The notes: generated from the letters alone by a model not told the origin. DNA of 53,184 nt from an uncultured Gammaproteobacteria bacterium (GCA_964388365.1 CAYMAF010000002.1:1-53184), one strand, 5' to 3'. Counted from the first letter of the stretch, positions 17,909 through 26,928 are shown. Numbers and translations: made by a program.

Positions 17909-18364
17909 TCAGTAGATCCCGCCGTGCGCCCAGATCACGCCCGCGGCCGAGGTCACGAGCGCAAGCGCGAGCAAGACCACGTGCATCAGGAGGAACGCGC
18001 GGGGCTTTCTCGCGATGCCGGTGCGGCGCATCAGCGCGAGCGGCTCGAGCACGAACAGGATCAGCATAAAGACCGCCCAGGTGACGATCATCAGGTCGAT
18101 CCACCAGCCAGCGGGCACCCACCGCAGGCGCGCGATACCGCCGAGGTACGCGAGCAGATACGCGCCGCTCACGCCGACGAGCAGCAGCGCAGCACGGGCC
18201 TGCCACACGAACCGCGCCCGGATCGTCCTGAAGATGCGCAACCGCTCGTCGTCCGAGAGACCTGCATTCCTCAGGGCCGGGAGAATCGAAGCGGTGACCA
18301 TCGCGACGCCGCCAACCCACCAGATCACGCCGAGCACATGCACGGCACGAGCGAGACTCAGCAT
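17909..18364 (-). CDS. Small 4-TM membrane protein, unknown function (CopD-like appearance)
   Basis: Start moved to ATG 18364 (MLSLARAVHVLGVIWWVGGVAMV). Four hydrophobic helices. Divergent from the Crp/Fnr gene across an FNR box. Confidence 0.5.
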   Translation of the reverse strand: MLSLARAVHVLGVIWWVGGVAMVTASILPALRNAGLSDDERLRIFRTIRARFVWQARAALLLVGVSGAYLLAYLGGIARLRWVPAGWWIDLMIVTWAVFMLILFVLEPLALMRRTGIARKPRAFLLMHVVLLALALVTSAAGVIWAHGGIY

Positions 18365-18486
18365 ACTCTGCGCCTCCGTTGCGTTAAGATCGCGCGTACC
18401 CTCTCGCTCTCTCGGGCAACCGTGATGCTGCCGAGCGCCGGGCACGGAAGTGCAGATAGTCTGAGAGACCGCGGACGGCTCGCGCC

Positions 18487-18500
18487 TTGATCGAGATCAA
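18487..18500. promoter_or_regulatory. Perfect FNR/Anr/Dnr-type box TTGAT-N4-ATCAA
   Basis: TTGATCGAGATCAA at 18487-18500. It ends 36 nt upstream of the Crp/Fnr-family ATG (18537), inside the 172-nt divergent intergenic region. It is the only perfect box I found in the window. Confidence 0.7.
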
Positions 18501-18536
18501 GACGGGCCGTTTCTCGAGGCGACGAGCATTCGGCCG

Positions 18537-19229
18537 ATGACCGACGATCCCGCAACTTCGCTGGCGGATCTCCGCAACCATCATCTATTTGCGGCCTTGA
18601 CCGACGAGCAGTGGTATCGGCTGATCCCACGCATCCACGCCCACGCCGTCGACACGAACGAGCACCTCTTCGCCCGCGGCGATCCGGCCCGGGCGTTCCT
18701 CCTGCTTCGGGAGGGTCTGATCAAGCTCTCTCGGGTCTCGCCGGAAGGTCACGAGAAGATCATGCGGTTGATCCGCACCGGCATGACGTTCGCGGAAAGC
18801 GTGATGTTCATGGACGAGCCTCGCTACCCGGTCCACGCGCAGGCGATCGAGCCGGGCACGGTGCTCGCAATCGAGTCGGACGCTTACCTCGAGATACTGC
18901 GCGAATCGTTCGAGACGTGCCGGACGGTGCTCGCGACGATGACGCAGCGGATCCACGCCCACTGGGACGAGATCGAGGCGCTGACGCTGCAGAACAGCCG
19001 CTACCGTGTCGTCACCTATCTGCTGAGACAGCTGCCGGACCAGGACCTCGAGGAGGCGCGCATCACGCTGCCGTCGCGCAAGGCGTTGATCGCCGCTCAG
19101 CTCGCGGCGACGCCCGAGACGCTGTCGCGCATCCTGCATGCGCTGCGCGAGGAAGGCCTCATCGAGATGCACGACTACGACGTCTACCTGCCGAGCGTCT
19201 CGAAGCTGCGGGCGAGCATCGGAGGCTAG
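18537..19229 (+). CDS. Crp/Fnr-family transcriptional regulator (Dnr/NnrR-like; no N-terminal Cys cluster)
   Basis: cNMP-binding-like beta-roll (FARGDPARAFLLLREGLIKLSRVSPEGHEKIM) and a C-terminal HTH with the E--SR recognition motif (PETLSRIL) used by FNR-type proteins to read TTGAT half-sites. Confidence 0.85.
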   Translation: MTDDPATSLADLRNHHLFAALTDEQWYRLIPRIHAHAVDTNEHLFARGDPARAFLLLREGLIKLSRVSPEGHEKIMRLIRTGMTFAESVMFMDEPRYPVHAQAIEPGTVLAIESDAYLEILRESFETCRTVLATMTQRIHAHWDEIEALTLQNSRYRVVTYLLRQLPDQDLEEARITLPSRKALIAAQLAATPETLSRILHALREEGLIEMHDYDVYLPSVSKLRASIGG

Positions 19230-19267
19230 CCACCTTGCTCCGTGCTCGGCGGCGTCCACTTGATTTT

Positions 19268-19295
19268 CTAATGGAGACGGCTACAGTTCCATTGG
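19268..19295. promoter_or_regulatory. Inverted repeat AATGGA-N12-TCCATT directly upstream of padR (candidate PadR operator)
   Basis: ctAATGGAgacggctacagtTCCATTgg. Arms at 19270-19275 and 19288-19293. It ends 2 nt before the padR ATG (19297). Confidence 0.35.
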
Positions 19296-19296
19296 G

Positions 19297-19641
19297 ATGT
19301 CTAATAAAGACAACAAGACGAGCTTCCTGCGCGGCACGCTGGACCTGATGATCCTGCAGTCGCTGGCGTCGGTCGGGTCGATGCACGGCTATACCCTCGC
19401 CGCGCGTATCGAGCAGGTCTCGGGGGGTGCGCTGAAGCCGAATATGGGCACGTTGTATCCGGGGCTGATGCGCCTCGAGCAGCGCGGGCTCATCCGAGGA
19501 AGCTGGGGCACGACCGAGAACAACCGGCAGGCCCGCTTTTACTCGATCACGCCGGCGGGGCGGCGGCATCTCGTCACGGAGAAGGAAAGCTGGGAGCAGA
19601 TGGTGTCGATCATGCAGACCCTGTTCAACGACCCCGCGTGA
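19297..19641 (+). CDS. PadR-family transcriptional regulator
   Basis: 114 aa. LRGTLDLMILQSLASVGSMHGYTLAARIEQVSGGALKPNMGTLYPGLMRLEQRGLI is the canonical PadR winged helix. Confidence 0.9.
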   Translation: MSNKDNKTSFLRGTLDLMILQSLASVGSMHGYTLAARIEQVSGGALKPNMGTLYPGLMRLEQRGLIRGSWGTTENNRQARFYSITPAGRRHLVTEKESWEQMVSIMQTLFNDPA

Positions 19642-19683
19642 GGTCTCGGCGGACGGTATGCAGCACGACCGAGGGGGAAGCGA

Positions 19684-22383
19684 ATGAAATACCTCGAGAT
19701 CGTGCGCGAATGGGCCGTTCGCCTTTGGGGGACTTATCGGCACTCGCCGAGCGACCGTGATCTGGAGCGCGAGCTCGACTTCCATCTCGAGATGATCGAG
19801 CAGGACTTGCTGCGCGAAGGCCACACGCCGCACGAGGCCGCTCGGCTCGCGCGCTTGCAGGTCGGCAGACCCTCGAGCGTCCTGAATGCACTGCAGGAGC
19901 AGCGCGGCATCCCTTGGCTCGGCCGCTTCTCGACCGATGTCGTGCTCGGCTGGCGCATGTTGCGCAAATCCTGGGGCATAACCCTGGTCGGCGGTCTCGC
20001 GATCACGATCGTCATCACGGTCGCGGCCGGTCTCGCGAGCTTTTTCCAGGTATTTACCGGAAGCAGCGTGCCGCTCGAGGAGGGCGATCGCGTCGTCGCG
20101 ATACAAATCTACGATCCGGCATCGAGGCAGCCGGCGAGGCCGACCCTTGCCGACTACGAGCGATGGCGCGGCGAGCTCGATTCCGTCGAGAACGTCGGCG
20201 CGTTCCGGACGGTGCGCCGCAGCCTCGTCGTCGGAGACGGGACCGGCTCGGCCGCATCCGAAGGAGCCGCCGAGGCGGTGTCCGTGGCCGAGATGTCGGC
20301 GTCCGGTTTTCGGCTCGCGCGCGTCGCTCCGCTCTTCGGCCGACCGCTGCTCGCTCGGGACGAGGCTCCGAGCGCGCCGCCCGTCGTCGTGATCGGCGAG
20401 AGCGTGTGGCGATCGCGTTTCGGTGCCGACCCGCAAGTCCTCGGGCAGAACATTCGACTGGGCGACAAAGTGCACACCGTCGTCGGCGTGATGCCGAACG
20501 ACTTCGGCTTTCCGGTCAATCATCGATACTGGGTGCCGCTGCGCGCGGACCGAATGGCCGATACCTGGAGCACCGGCCCCGATATCGTCGTGTTCGGAAG
20601 GCTCGCTCCGAGCGCGACGCTCGAACGCGCCGAGGCCGAGCTTTCCGCGATGGGCTTGTTCGCGGATCGAGCTGCTGCGGACGAGAACCTCGGCCGGCTG
20701 CGGCCTCGCGCGATGCCTTATGCCCGCGCATTCGCTCACATCGCGCCCGGCGATGCGGCGACCATCCTGCTGGTGGTGACGCTGCTGCTCGTGCCCCCGT
20801 GCGCGAACATCGCGATCCTCGTCTACGCCCGCACGGTCACCCGGCACGCGGAGTTCGCCGCCCGGGTCGCGTTCGGCGCGAGCCGTACCCGCATCGTCGC
20901 TCAAATCTTCATCGAGACGCTCGTGCTCGCGGCGCTCGCGGCGCTCGTCGCGCTCGCGGTCGCGCATTGGATCGTGTCCGGCGTCGAGGTCAGCATCGAT
21001 CAGAGCCCGGGCGCCAATCCGTTCTGGATCCGTCCGGGGATCTCGATACAGACGATCGCGTACGTCGCCGGCCTCGCCGTTTTCGCCGCGCTGATCGCCG
21101 GTGCCGTGCCGGCCCTGAAGGCCACGAGCGGCCTGCTGGGCGAAGGGCTGCGCGCACTAGGTAATCGCGTGAGCGCACGACTCGGCGCTACGTGGACCTC
21201 GCTCGTCGTCGCGCAGATCGCGCTGGCCGTCGCGATCCTTCCGACAGCGGCGGGCGTCACGTGGGGATTCTTACGTCCGAGCCTGCTCGAGCCGGGCTTT
21301 CCGGTCGCCGAATTCGCGACGGCGCGCCTCGAGCTCGACGCCATCGCTGTCCCGAACGGTCAGGCCGACGAGCGGGGCGCGCTCGAGCGCGAGCTCGCCG
21401 AGCTGCAACGCGAGCTTGCCGAGCGGCTCGGCGGCGAAGGCATCTCGGTCGTGTCGTTCTCGAGCGCCGTCGCGGGCGCAGAGCCGGCGCTCGAGATCGT
21501 CGTCGACGAAGCCGGCGACACCGGCGAGCGCCGGCTTACTGCGCACCACGACGTGCGCGTCAACCGAATCGATGCCGCGTTCCTCGACGCGTTCGGAGCG
21601 CGAATCCTCACCGGGCGCCGGTTCGAAGCAGGCGATTTCGACGCCGACAGCACGGCGGTGATCGTGAGCCGCTCGTTCGCGCGCGACATCCTCGGCGACG
21701 CGAGCCCGTTGGGTCGCGAGGTACGCTACGCGGAGCCGTCGCCGGGGATCGAGCGGCGCTACGAGATCGTCGGTGTCTCGACCGACGTGCCCGCAAACGA
21801 CGAGAGGCCGGCGATGTATCACCCGCTCGCGCCCGGACAGCAGAATCCGGTCACGCTGGCGTTGCGATTGCCGATGGATCGAGCCGGCCTGGCGGACCGG
21901 CTGCGGGCGCTTGCGACACGCATCGACGCGCGGCTCGGCGTCGACGAGTACAGAACGCTCGACGAGACATACGCCGAGCTACGCGCGCAAAACGAGGCCG
22001 CGGCTCGCGCCCTGTTGATCGTGACCTCGAGCGTGCTGCTGCTGTCGGCGGCGGGCATGTATGCGCTGATGTCCTTCACGGTGAATCAACGCCGACGGGA
22101 GATCGGCATTCGTGCCGCGCTCGGCGCGCAACCGGGGCAGCTCCTTGCCGGCGTGTTCCGCCGGGCATTCGCTCAGGTCTCGATCGGGGCCGCGGCCGGA
22201 ATGGTCCTCGCGTCCATCGTGGGCCGATACCTGCCGATGGATCGGCTCGGCGTCCCGGCGATCCCGGGCCTGCCGCTCGCGGCCGCCGTGTTCATGGTGC
22301 TCGTCGGCGTCGTCGCGGCGATCGGCCCCGCGAGACGCGCGCTGCGTGCCGATCCTACTGAAGGCTTGCGCGAGGATGGCTGA
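19684..22383 (+). CDS. ADOP-type duplicated orphan permease (two MacB/FtsX-like permease modules, no adjacent ATPase gene)
   Basis: 899 aa. The characteristic N-terminal cytoplasmic segment (RDLERELDFHLEMIEQDLLREGHTPHEAARLARLQ) is followed by TM, a large periplasmic domain and an FtsX block, and this is repeated. The gene sits directly downstream of padR, as in described PadR-ADOP pairs. Confidence 0.8.
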   Translation: MKYLEIVREWAVRLWGTYRHSPSDRDLERELDFHLEMIEQDLLREGHTPHEAARLARLQVGRPSSVLNALQEQRGIPWLGRFSTDVVLGWRMLRKSWGITLVGGLAITIVITVAAGLASFFQVFTGSSVPLEEGDRVVAIQIYDPASRQPARPTLADYERWRGELDSVENVGAFRTVRRSLVVGDGTGSAASEGAAEAVSVAEMSASGFRLARVAPLFGRPLLARDEAPSAPPVVVIGESVWRSRFGADPQVLGQNIRLGDKVHTVVGVMPNDFGFPVNHRYWVPLRADRMADTWSTGPDIVVFGRLAPSATLERAEAELSAMGLFADRAAADENLGRLRPRAMPYARAFAHIAPGDAATILLVVTLLLVPPCANIAILVYARTVTRHAEFAARVAFGASRTRIVAQIFIETLVLAALAALVALAVAHWIVSGVEVSIDQSPGANPFWIRPGISIQTIAYVAGLAVFAALIAGAVPALKATSGLLGEGLRALGNRVSARLGATWTSLVVAQIALAVAILPTAAGVTWGFLRPSLLEPGFPVAEFATARLELDAIAVPNGQADERGALERELAELQRELAERLGGEGISVVSFSSAVAGAEPALEIVVDEAGDTGERRLTAHHDVRVNRIDAAFLDAFGARILTGRRFEAGDFDADSTAVIVSRSFARDILGDASPLGREVRYAEPSPGIERRYEIVGVSTDVPANDERPAMYHPLAPGQQNPVTLALRLPMDRAGLADRLRALATRIDARLGVDEYRTLDETYAELRAQNEAAARALLIVTSSVLLLSAAGMYALMSFTVNQRRREIGIRAALGAQPGQLLAGVFRRAFAQVSIGAAAGMVLASIVGRYLPMDRLGVPAIPGLPLAAAVFMVLVGVVAAIGPARRALRADPTEGLREDG

Positions 22384-22495
22384 GCTTCCGAAACGCGAGG
22401 CGCCCGTCGAGCCGCTTGAGATAAGGTTCGGTGATACGACCTATCCGGCGCGCGAATACCGCGCGTACCGTGCGGCGCCGCGACTGTCACGTATG

Positions 22496-22519
22496 GAGGA
22501 TAGTTCCCGCTCATCTGTC
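22496..22519 (+). promoter_or_regulatory. Candidate ECF-type promoter, copy 1 (GAGGAT-N6-CGCTCATCTGTC)
   Basis: GAGGATagttccCGCTCATCTGTC ends 22 nt before the sigma-factor ATG (22542). The same 18 fixed positions recur at 24086-24109 upstream of the TonB-dependent transducer. Confidence 0.5.
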
Positions 22520-22541
22520 ATACTGCGGGGCGGGAGTGCGC

Positions 22542-23048
22542 ATGGCCGAGAAGCGGAGAAACGTGGCAAGCATCTTCGGCGACGTCGAGGCGTCGCTGAC
22601 CCGATTTCTGCTGCGGTTTCTCGACCGGCCCGAAGACGTGCAGGACATCGTGCAAGAGGCGTATCTTAGAACCTTCGAGGCGAGCGCGTCGTCGAAAATC
22701 CATGCGCCGGTCGCGTTCCTGTACAAGACCGCGAAGAACCTCGCGCTCAATGAGCGAGCGCGCCACCACAACAGCAGGACGAGCACGGTCGGCGACTTCG
22801 ACGAGCTGTCGGCGACGTTCACGGAGCGGTCCGCGGAGCTCGAAGCGGCCGTGACCGAGGAGCTGTCCCGGGCGATGGCGGCGCTCGAGGAGCTGTCGCC
22901 TCGGGTCAGGCAGGTCTATATCCTCCGGAAAGTGCACGGCCTGAGCCAAAAGGAGACCGCCGAGTATCTCGGCATTTCGCAAAGCACGGTCGAGAAGCAC
23001 GTCGCGAAAGGGCTCGCGACCCTGCTGCGGCTACGGCGCGATGACTGA
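22542..23048 (+). CDS. ECF (sigma-70 group 4, FecI-like) RNA polymerase sigma factor
   Basis: Start moved to ATG 22542 (MAEKRRNVASIFG). Region 2 is DVQDIVQEAYLRTF. The region 4 HTH is LSQKETAEYLGISQSTVEKHVAKG. It overlaps the fecR-like start by 8 nt. Confidence 0.85.
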   Translation: MAEKRRNVASIFGDVEASLTRFLLRFLDRPEDVQDIVQEAYLRTFEASASSKIHAPVAFLYKTAKNLALNERARHHNSRTSTVGDFDELSATFTERSAELEAAVTEELSRAMAALEELSPRVRQVYILRKVHGLSQKETAEYLGISQSTVEKHVAKGLATLLRLRRDD

Positions 23049-24030
23049 CGAGAACGACCATCCGGATACGGCGGAGATCGCGGCACGCTGGGTCGCCCGG
23101 CTCGACCGCGGCGATCTTTCTGCCGACGAGCTGATCGCTCTGCGCGAATGGGCAATCGCTCATCCGTCGCATATGCGCGAGCTCGAATATGCCGTTAGGA
23201 TATGGGAGAGCCTCGACGCGCTCGCCGCGCTTCGCACGATCGTCGCACGGCCGGAGCGCTCGAGGCGCAAGACGACGATGCCGCGCGCCGTCGCGGCCGG
23301 CGTCGCCGCGCTGGCCGCCGCGCTCTCGCTCCTGCTCTGGATCGGGGTGGGCGAGCCGGCGGAGTACAACGGATCCTTCGTGACGCGGATCGGCGAGATT
23401 CAGGTCATCGAGCCCGGCGAAGGATCGAGAATCTCGCTCAACACCGATAGTCACCTCGCCGTCGAGTTCGACTCGACGTTTCGGCGGGTCAGGCTCGACC
23501 GGGGCGAAGCCTATTTCGACGTCGCACCGGACGACGAGCGGCCGTTCGTCGTCGAGACCGATTTCGGCAACATCGTCGTCACCGGCACGGCCTTCCTCGT
23601 CCGCGTCGAAGAGGCAGGCCTCGAGGTGACGGTCAAAGAAGGCCACGTGCAATTGCAGAGATCGGCGGCCGATCCCGAGGAGGGCCACGTTTCGATCGCG
23701 TTGCTGACGGCTGGCGAGGTGGCGTCGATCGAGTCGGACGGCAGCCGCCGGATCGAGCCGATTGAGACCACACGTCTGGTTCGCAAGCTCGGCTGGCGCG
23801 ACGGCATGCTGATGTTCAACGGCGAATCGCTCGAAGAAGTCGTTCGCGAGGTCGGCCGCTATACGCCGATCAAGATCAACATCGAGGACCACGCGCTGCG
23901 CACCCGGCGCGTCGGGGGCTACTTCCGAGCGGGCGAGATCGACGATCTGCTCGCTACGCTCGAGAGCGATTTCGGTATTCGCGTCGAAAAGGTCGGTGAC
24001 AGCGAGGTCAACTTATCGCTCAAGAACTAA
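23041..24030 (+). CDS. FecR-family anti-sigma / signal-transducing transmembrane sensor
   Basis: 329 aa. N-terminal AARWVARLDRGDLSADELIALREW, a single TM (AVAAGVAALAAALSLLLWIG) and a periplasmic FecR domain (GEAYFDVAPDDERPFVVETDFGNIVVTGTAFLV). Confidence 0.85.
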   Translation: MTDENDHPDTAEIAARWVARLDRGDLSADELIALREWAIAHPSHMRELEYAVRIWESLDALAALRTIVARPERSRRKTTMPRAVAAGVAALAAALSLLLWIGVGEPAEYNGSFVTRIGEIQVIEPGEGSRISLNTDSHLAVEFDSTFRRVRLDRGEAYFDVAPDDERPFVVETDFGNIVVTGTAFLVRVEEAGLEVTVKEGHVQLQRSAADPEEGHVSIALLTAGEVASIESDGSRRIEPIETTRLVRKLGWRDGMLMFNGESLEEVVREVGRYTPIKINIEDHALRTRRVGGYFRAGEIDDLLATLESDFGIRVEKVGDSEVNLSLKN

Positions 24031-24085
24031 GCCGGTGCTGGGGAGTACGGTGATATTCCTGCTGACCGCGAAACTCTCGCCGATA

Positions 24086-24109
24086 GAGGATTTCCGCCGC
24101 TCATCTGTC
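24086..24109 (+). promoter_or_regulatory. Candidate ECF-type promoter, copy 2 (GAGGAT-N6-CGCTCATCTGTC)
   Basis: GAGGATttccgcCGCTCATCTGTC lies in the 109-nt gap between fecR (stop 24030) and the transducer ATG (24140). Spacing is identical to copy 1. Confidence 0.5.
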
Positions 24110-24139
24110 GATAGGGGAACGGAACCTGCATCTCGCGAG

Positions 24140-26851
24140 ATGTGCAGACCGGCTTTGGGGCGCTGCCTGGCGTTGGCTGGCAGCGTATGGCTGCTTTGTG
24201 CAGGGCCAGTCCTTGCCGGCGAGGCAATCGACTTCGATATCCCCGCGCAGCCTGCAAGCACGGCGCTGATCTTGCTGGGTCAGCAGTCCAACGAGCCGGT
24301 TCTCTACTTCTACGACGACGTGCAGGGCAAGACGAGTCAGGCAGTGAACGGGGTCTATACCACGGACGCTGCGATCGACCTGATGCTCAACGGCACGGGC
24401 CTCGTGGCACAAAGGAACGATCGCGGCGTTCTCACCGTTGCGCTGTCGGAGAACACTTCGATCCAAACGGGGGAACGCAAAGTGAAAGCTTCGACACAGC
24501 GGCGCGGCCTTCTGGCAGCGCTCGCGACGATATTCGGCGCTCAGTCCGAGACTCTGGCCCAACCGGCGCCGGAGGCGCGTCCGGCGCTAGAGGAAATCGT
24601 CGTCACGGCGCGCCGCCGGGCGGAGGATTTGCAATCCGTGCCGGTTGCCGTCACCGCGCTCACGGCAGATGCGCTCGAGCGACGGCAGATCCAGGCGACG
24701 ACGGATCTCGACCGGGTCGCGCCGAGCTTGCAGTTCACGAGCTATGGCCAGCTTTCCGGCAACAACTCGGCGGCGGTGGTTTTCATACGCGGAGTCGGTC
24801 AGCTCGATCCGACGCCGGCCGTCGACCCGGGCGTCGGCATCTACATCGATGACGTCTACATGGGCCGTGCGGTCGGCGGTGCGATGGACTTCTTCGATGT
24901 CGACAACATACAGGTGCTGCGCGGACCTCAAGGCACGCTGTTCGGCCGTAACACGATCGGCGGCGCGGTGCTGATCAACACGGTCCTGCCGAGTGACGAG
25001 CTCGAGGGGACGCTTCGCGCCCGGGTCGGCGAGGACAACCTGCGCGAGGTGTTCGGCGCCGTGAGCATTCCGCTCGGCGAACGCGCTGCGGCGAGATTCT
25101 CGGGCGGAACTCGCCAACGCGACGGCTATGTGACCCGTATCTTCGACGGCCAGGATCTCGGCGACGACGACGTCGTCGCGTTCAACGCGTCATTGCGCTG
25201 GGATATTTCCGACACGCTCGAGCTGATCCTCCGAGCCGACTACTCGAAGGAGGACGAGAACGGCTCGCCGTTCGTCTTCAAGGGGGTCAATACGACGGCG
25301 CCCGTGACCGCGATCGCGAGCGTCGCCGCAGGCTGCCCGGGCGCGACGATTCCGTTCGCGCCCCTCGCGCCCGGCGATCCGGCTTTCGGGCCTCCGTTCG
25401 TTCCCGACACGCCCGATCCGCGATGCGCGAACAACGCGTGGGATCTCGGGCCGTACACGAACGGCGGCAATGCGCCGGTCGAGAGCACTTTCGACGTCAA
25501 GGGCACGTCGGCAACGCTGAACTGGAATATCAACGACCGGCTGACGCTGCATTCGATCTCGGCGTACCGCAACACGGACTGGACCGGCATCCGCGATGCG
25601 GACAACACGCCGCTGACGCTGATCACGACCGATTACACGAGCGAATCGACGCAGATCAGCCAGGAGCTTCGGCTGCACTATGCCGGAGATCGTGTGAACG
25701 GGGTCGTCGGCGTCTATTACTTCGACGAGGACACCGACGATCGCGTCACCGTGCCGCTGGCGTTTCCGCCCTCACCGCCGGTGATCGCTTCATTGATCGC
25801 CGGAGGACCGGGCACGCGCGACCTGCAATTCGTCAATCTCGTCACCGAATCGATCGCCGTCTTCACGGAGTGGACTTACGACCTTACCGACTCGTTGAGC
25901 CTGACCGGCGGCGTTCGCTACACGGAGGACGACAAGTCGATGCAGGCCAGGATTTGGAACGTCTTCCCGGAGACCGATCCCGATCCGAGCCCGCTGCCCG
26001 ACCTCGCGATTCCGGACGGCGGTCCGCTATTCATCTATCCGGATCGTTTCCGCGAGAAGTTCGACAAGGTCACGGGCTCCGCGAGCCTAAGGTACACGTT
26101 CGAGAACGGCTGGATGGTGTACGGCAGCTACTCGAGCAGCTTCAAGTCGGGCGGCTTCAACCAGCGCTACAACGCACCGCCCGAAGGCTTCATGCCGCTG
26201 CCGTTCTCGGAGGAGACGGTCGACACGATCGAGCTCGGCTTCAAGGCCGACATCACCGACACGTTCAGGCTGAACGGCGCGCTATTCTCGTCCGACTACG
26301 ACGACATCCAGCTGATCTACCGGCAGGGTGTCGTGCCGCTGCTCTTCAACGCGGGCGAGGCCGCGATCGACGGCATCGAGCTCGAGTTTCAGTTCGTGCC
26401 GAGCGAGCGGCTGATCGTCGAAGGAGGTCTGAGCTACCTCGACGACGAGATCAAGGACATCACCGAAGTCCCCGGTGCGACGGCGACGATCACGCCGGAC
26501 AATACGCTCCCGTTCACGCCGAAGCTGCAGGGCAACCTCGGAATCGGCTACCGCATCCCGCTCGCCAACGGCTGGAGCCTGACGCCGCGCGTCGACGCGT
26601 CCTATACCGACAAGCAATACTTCGATGCCGGTAACACGGAAATCACTGCGCAGCAGGAGTCCGTGACGGTCACGAACCTGTCGCTCGCCCTCGACAGCGG
26701 CCGCCGCTGGAGAGCGACGCTGCTCGTCGAGAATCTGACCGACGAGCTCTATCCGGTGCAGGGCAACGCGTCGCTCGCGACGCTGGGCTACGCGGAGATC
26801 ATCTACGCGCGAGGCCGCAACGTTCAAGCGAGCCTGAGCTATCAGTTCTGA
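24140..26851 (+). CDS. TonB-dependent transducer (outer-membrane receptor with N-terminal STN signalling domain)
   Basis: Start moved to ATG 24140 (MCRPALGRCLALAGSVWLLCAGPVLAGEA). STN-like IDFDIPAQPASTALILLGQQSN...LNGTGL, plug EEIVVTARRRAEDLQSVPVAVTA, and a C-terminal ...ASLSYQF aromatic terminus. Confidence 0.85.
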   Translation: MCRPALGRCLALAGSVWLLCAGPVLAGEAIDFDIPAQPASTALILLGQQSNEPVLYFYDDVQGKTSQAVNGVYTTDAAIDLMLNGTGLVAQRNDRGVLTVALSENTSIQTGERKVKASTQRRGLLAALATIFGAQSETLAQPAPEARPALEEIVVTARRRAEDLQSVPVAVTALTADALERRQIQATTDLDRVAPSLQFTSYGQLSGNNSAAVVFIRGVGQLDPTPAVDPGVGIYIDDVYMGRAVGGAMDFFDVDNIQVLRGPQGTLFGRNTIGGAVLINTVLPSDELEGTLRARVGEDNLREVFGAVSIPLGERAAARFSGGTRQRDGYVTRIFDGQDLGDDDVVAFNASLRWDISDTLELILRADYSKEDENGSPFVFKGVNTTAPVTAIASVAAGCPGATIPFAPLAPGDPAFGPPFVPDTPDPRCANNAWDLGPYTNGGNAPVESTFDVKGTSATLNWNINDRLTLHSISAYRNTDWTGIRDADNTPLTLITTDYTSESTQISQELRLHYAGDRVNGVVGVYYFDEDTDDRVTVPLAFPPSPPVIASLIAGGPGTRDLQFVNLVTESIAVFTEWTYDLTDSLSLTGGVRYTEDDKSMQARIWNVFPETDPDPSPLPDLAIPDGGPLFIYPDRFREKFDKVTGSASLRYTFENGWMVYGSYSSSFKSGGFNQRYNAPPEGFMPLPFSEETVDTIELGFKADITDTFRLNGALFSSDYDDIQLIYRQGVVPLLFNAGEAAIDGIELEFQFVPSERLIVEGGLSYLDDEIKDITEVPGATATITPDNTLPFTPKLQGNLGIGYRIPLANGWSLTPRVDASYTDKQYFDAGNTEITAQQESVTVTNLSLALDSGRRWRATLLVENLTDELYPVQGNASLATLGYAEIIYARGRNVQASLSYQF

Positions 26852-26893
26852 GCGACGTGCGAGCGCGTCGCTATCGGCCTGCGCATCGAAGTT

Positions 26894-26928
26894 GCCGGAG
26901 CGCTCGGCGTTCGCACGAGCGCTCCGGC
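26894..26928. terminator. Perfect 13-bp GC-rich hairpin between convergent genes
   Basis: GCCGGAGCGCTCG, 9-nt loop, CGAGCGCTCCGGC. A smaller 7-bp hairpin (AGCGACG...CGTCGCT) sits at 26851-26872. There is no clear U tract. Confidence 0.45.

Noticed and set aside
19159-20967. 602-aa minus-strand ORF antisense to the ADOP permease. Similar long antisense or alternative-frame ORFs include 34043-35629, 49934-51565, 11713-13332, 36623-37567, 2797-4086, 4301-5419, 4666-5979, 16700-17770, 41818-43359, 15549-16520, 50884-51825 and 45195-46151.
   Set aside because: Their translations are Arg/Ala/Gly/Pro-rich low-information strings with no motifs. Each overlaps a gene with clear family signatures on the other strand or frame. 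This is the expected stop-codon-poor artefact of high-GC DNA.
22384-22495. Possible Fur box upstream of the ECF sigma gene (GATAAggttcgGTGATAcgaccTATC)
   Set aside because: It bears only a loose resemblance to the 19-bp Fur consensus, with too many mismatches to support a call by eye.
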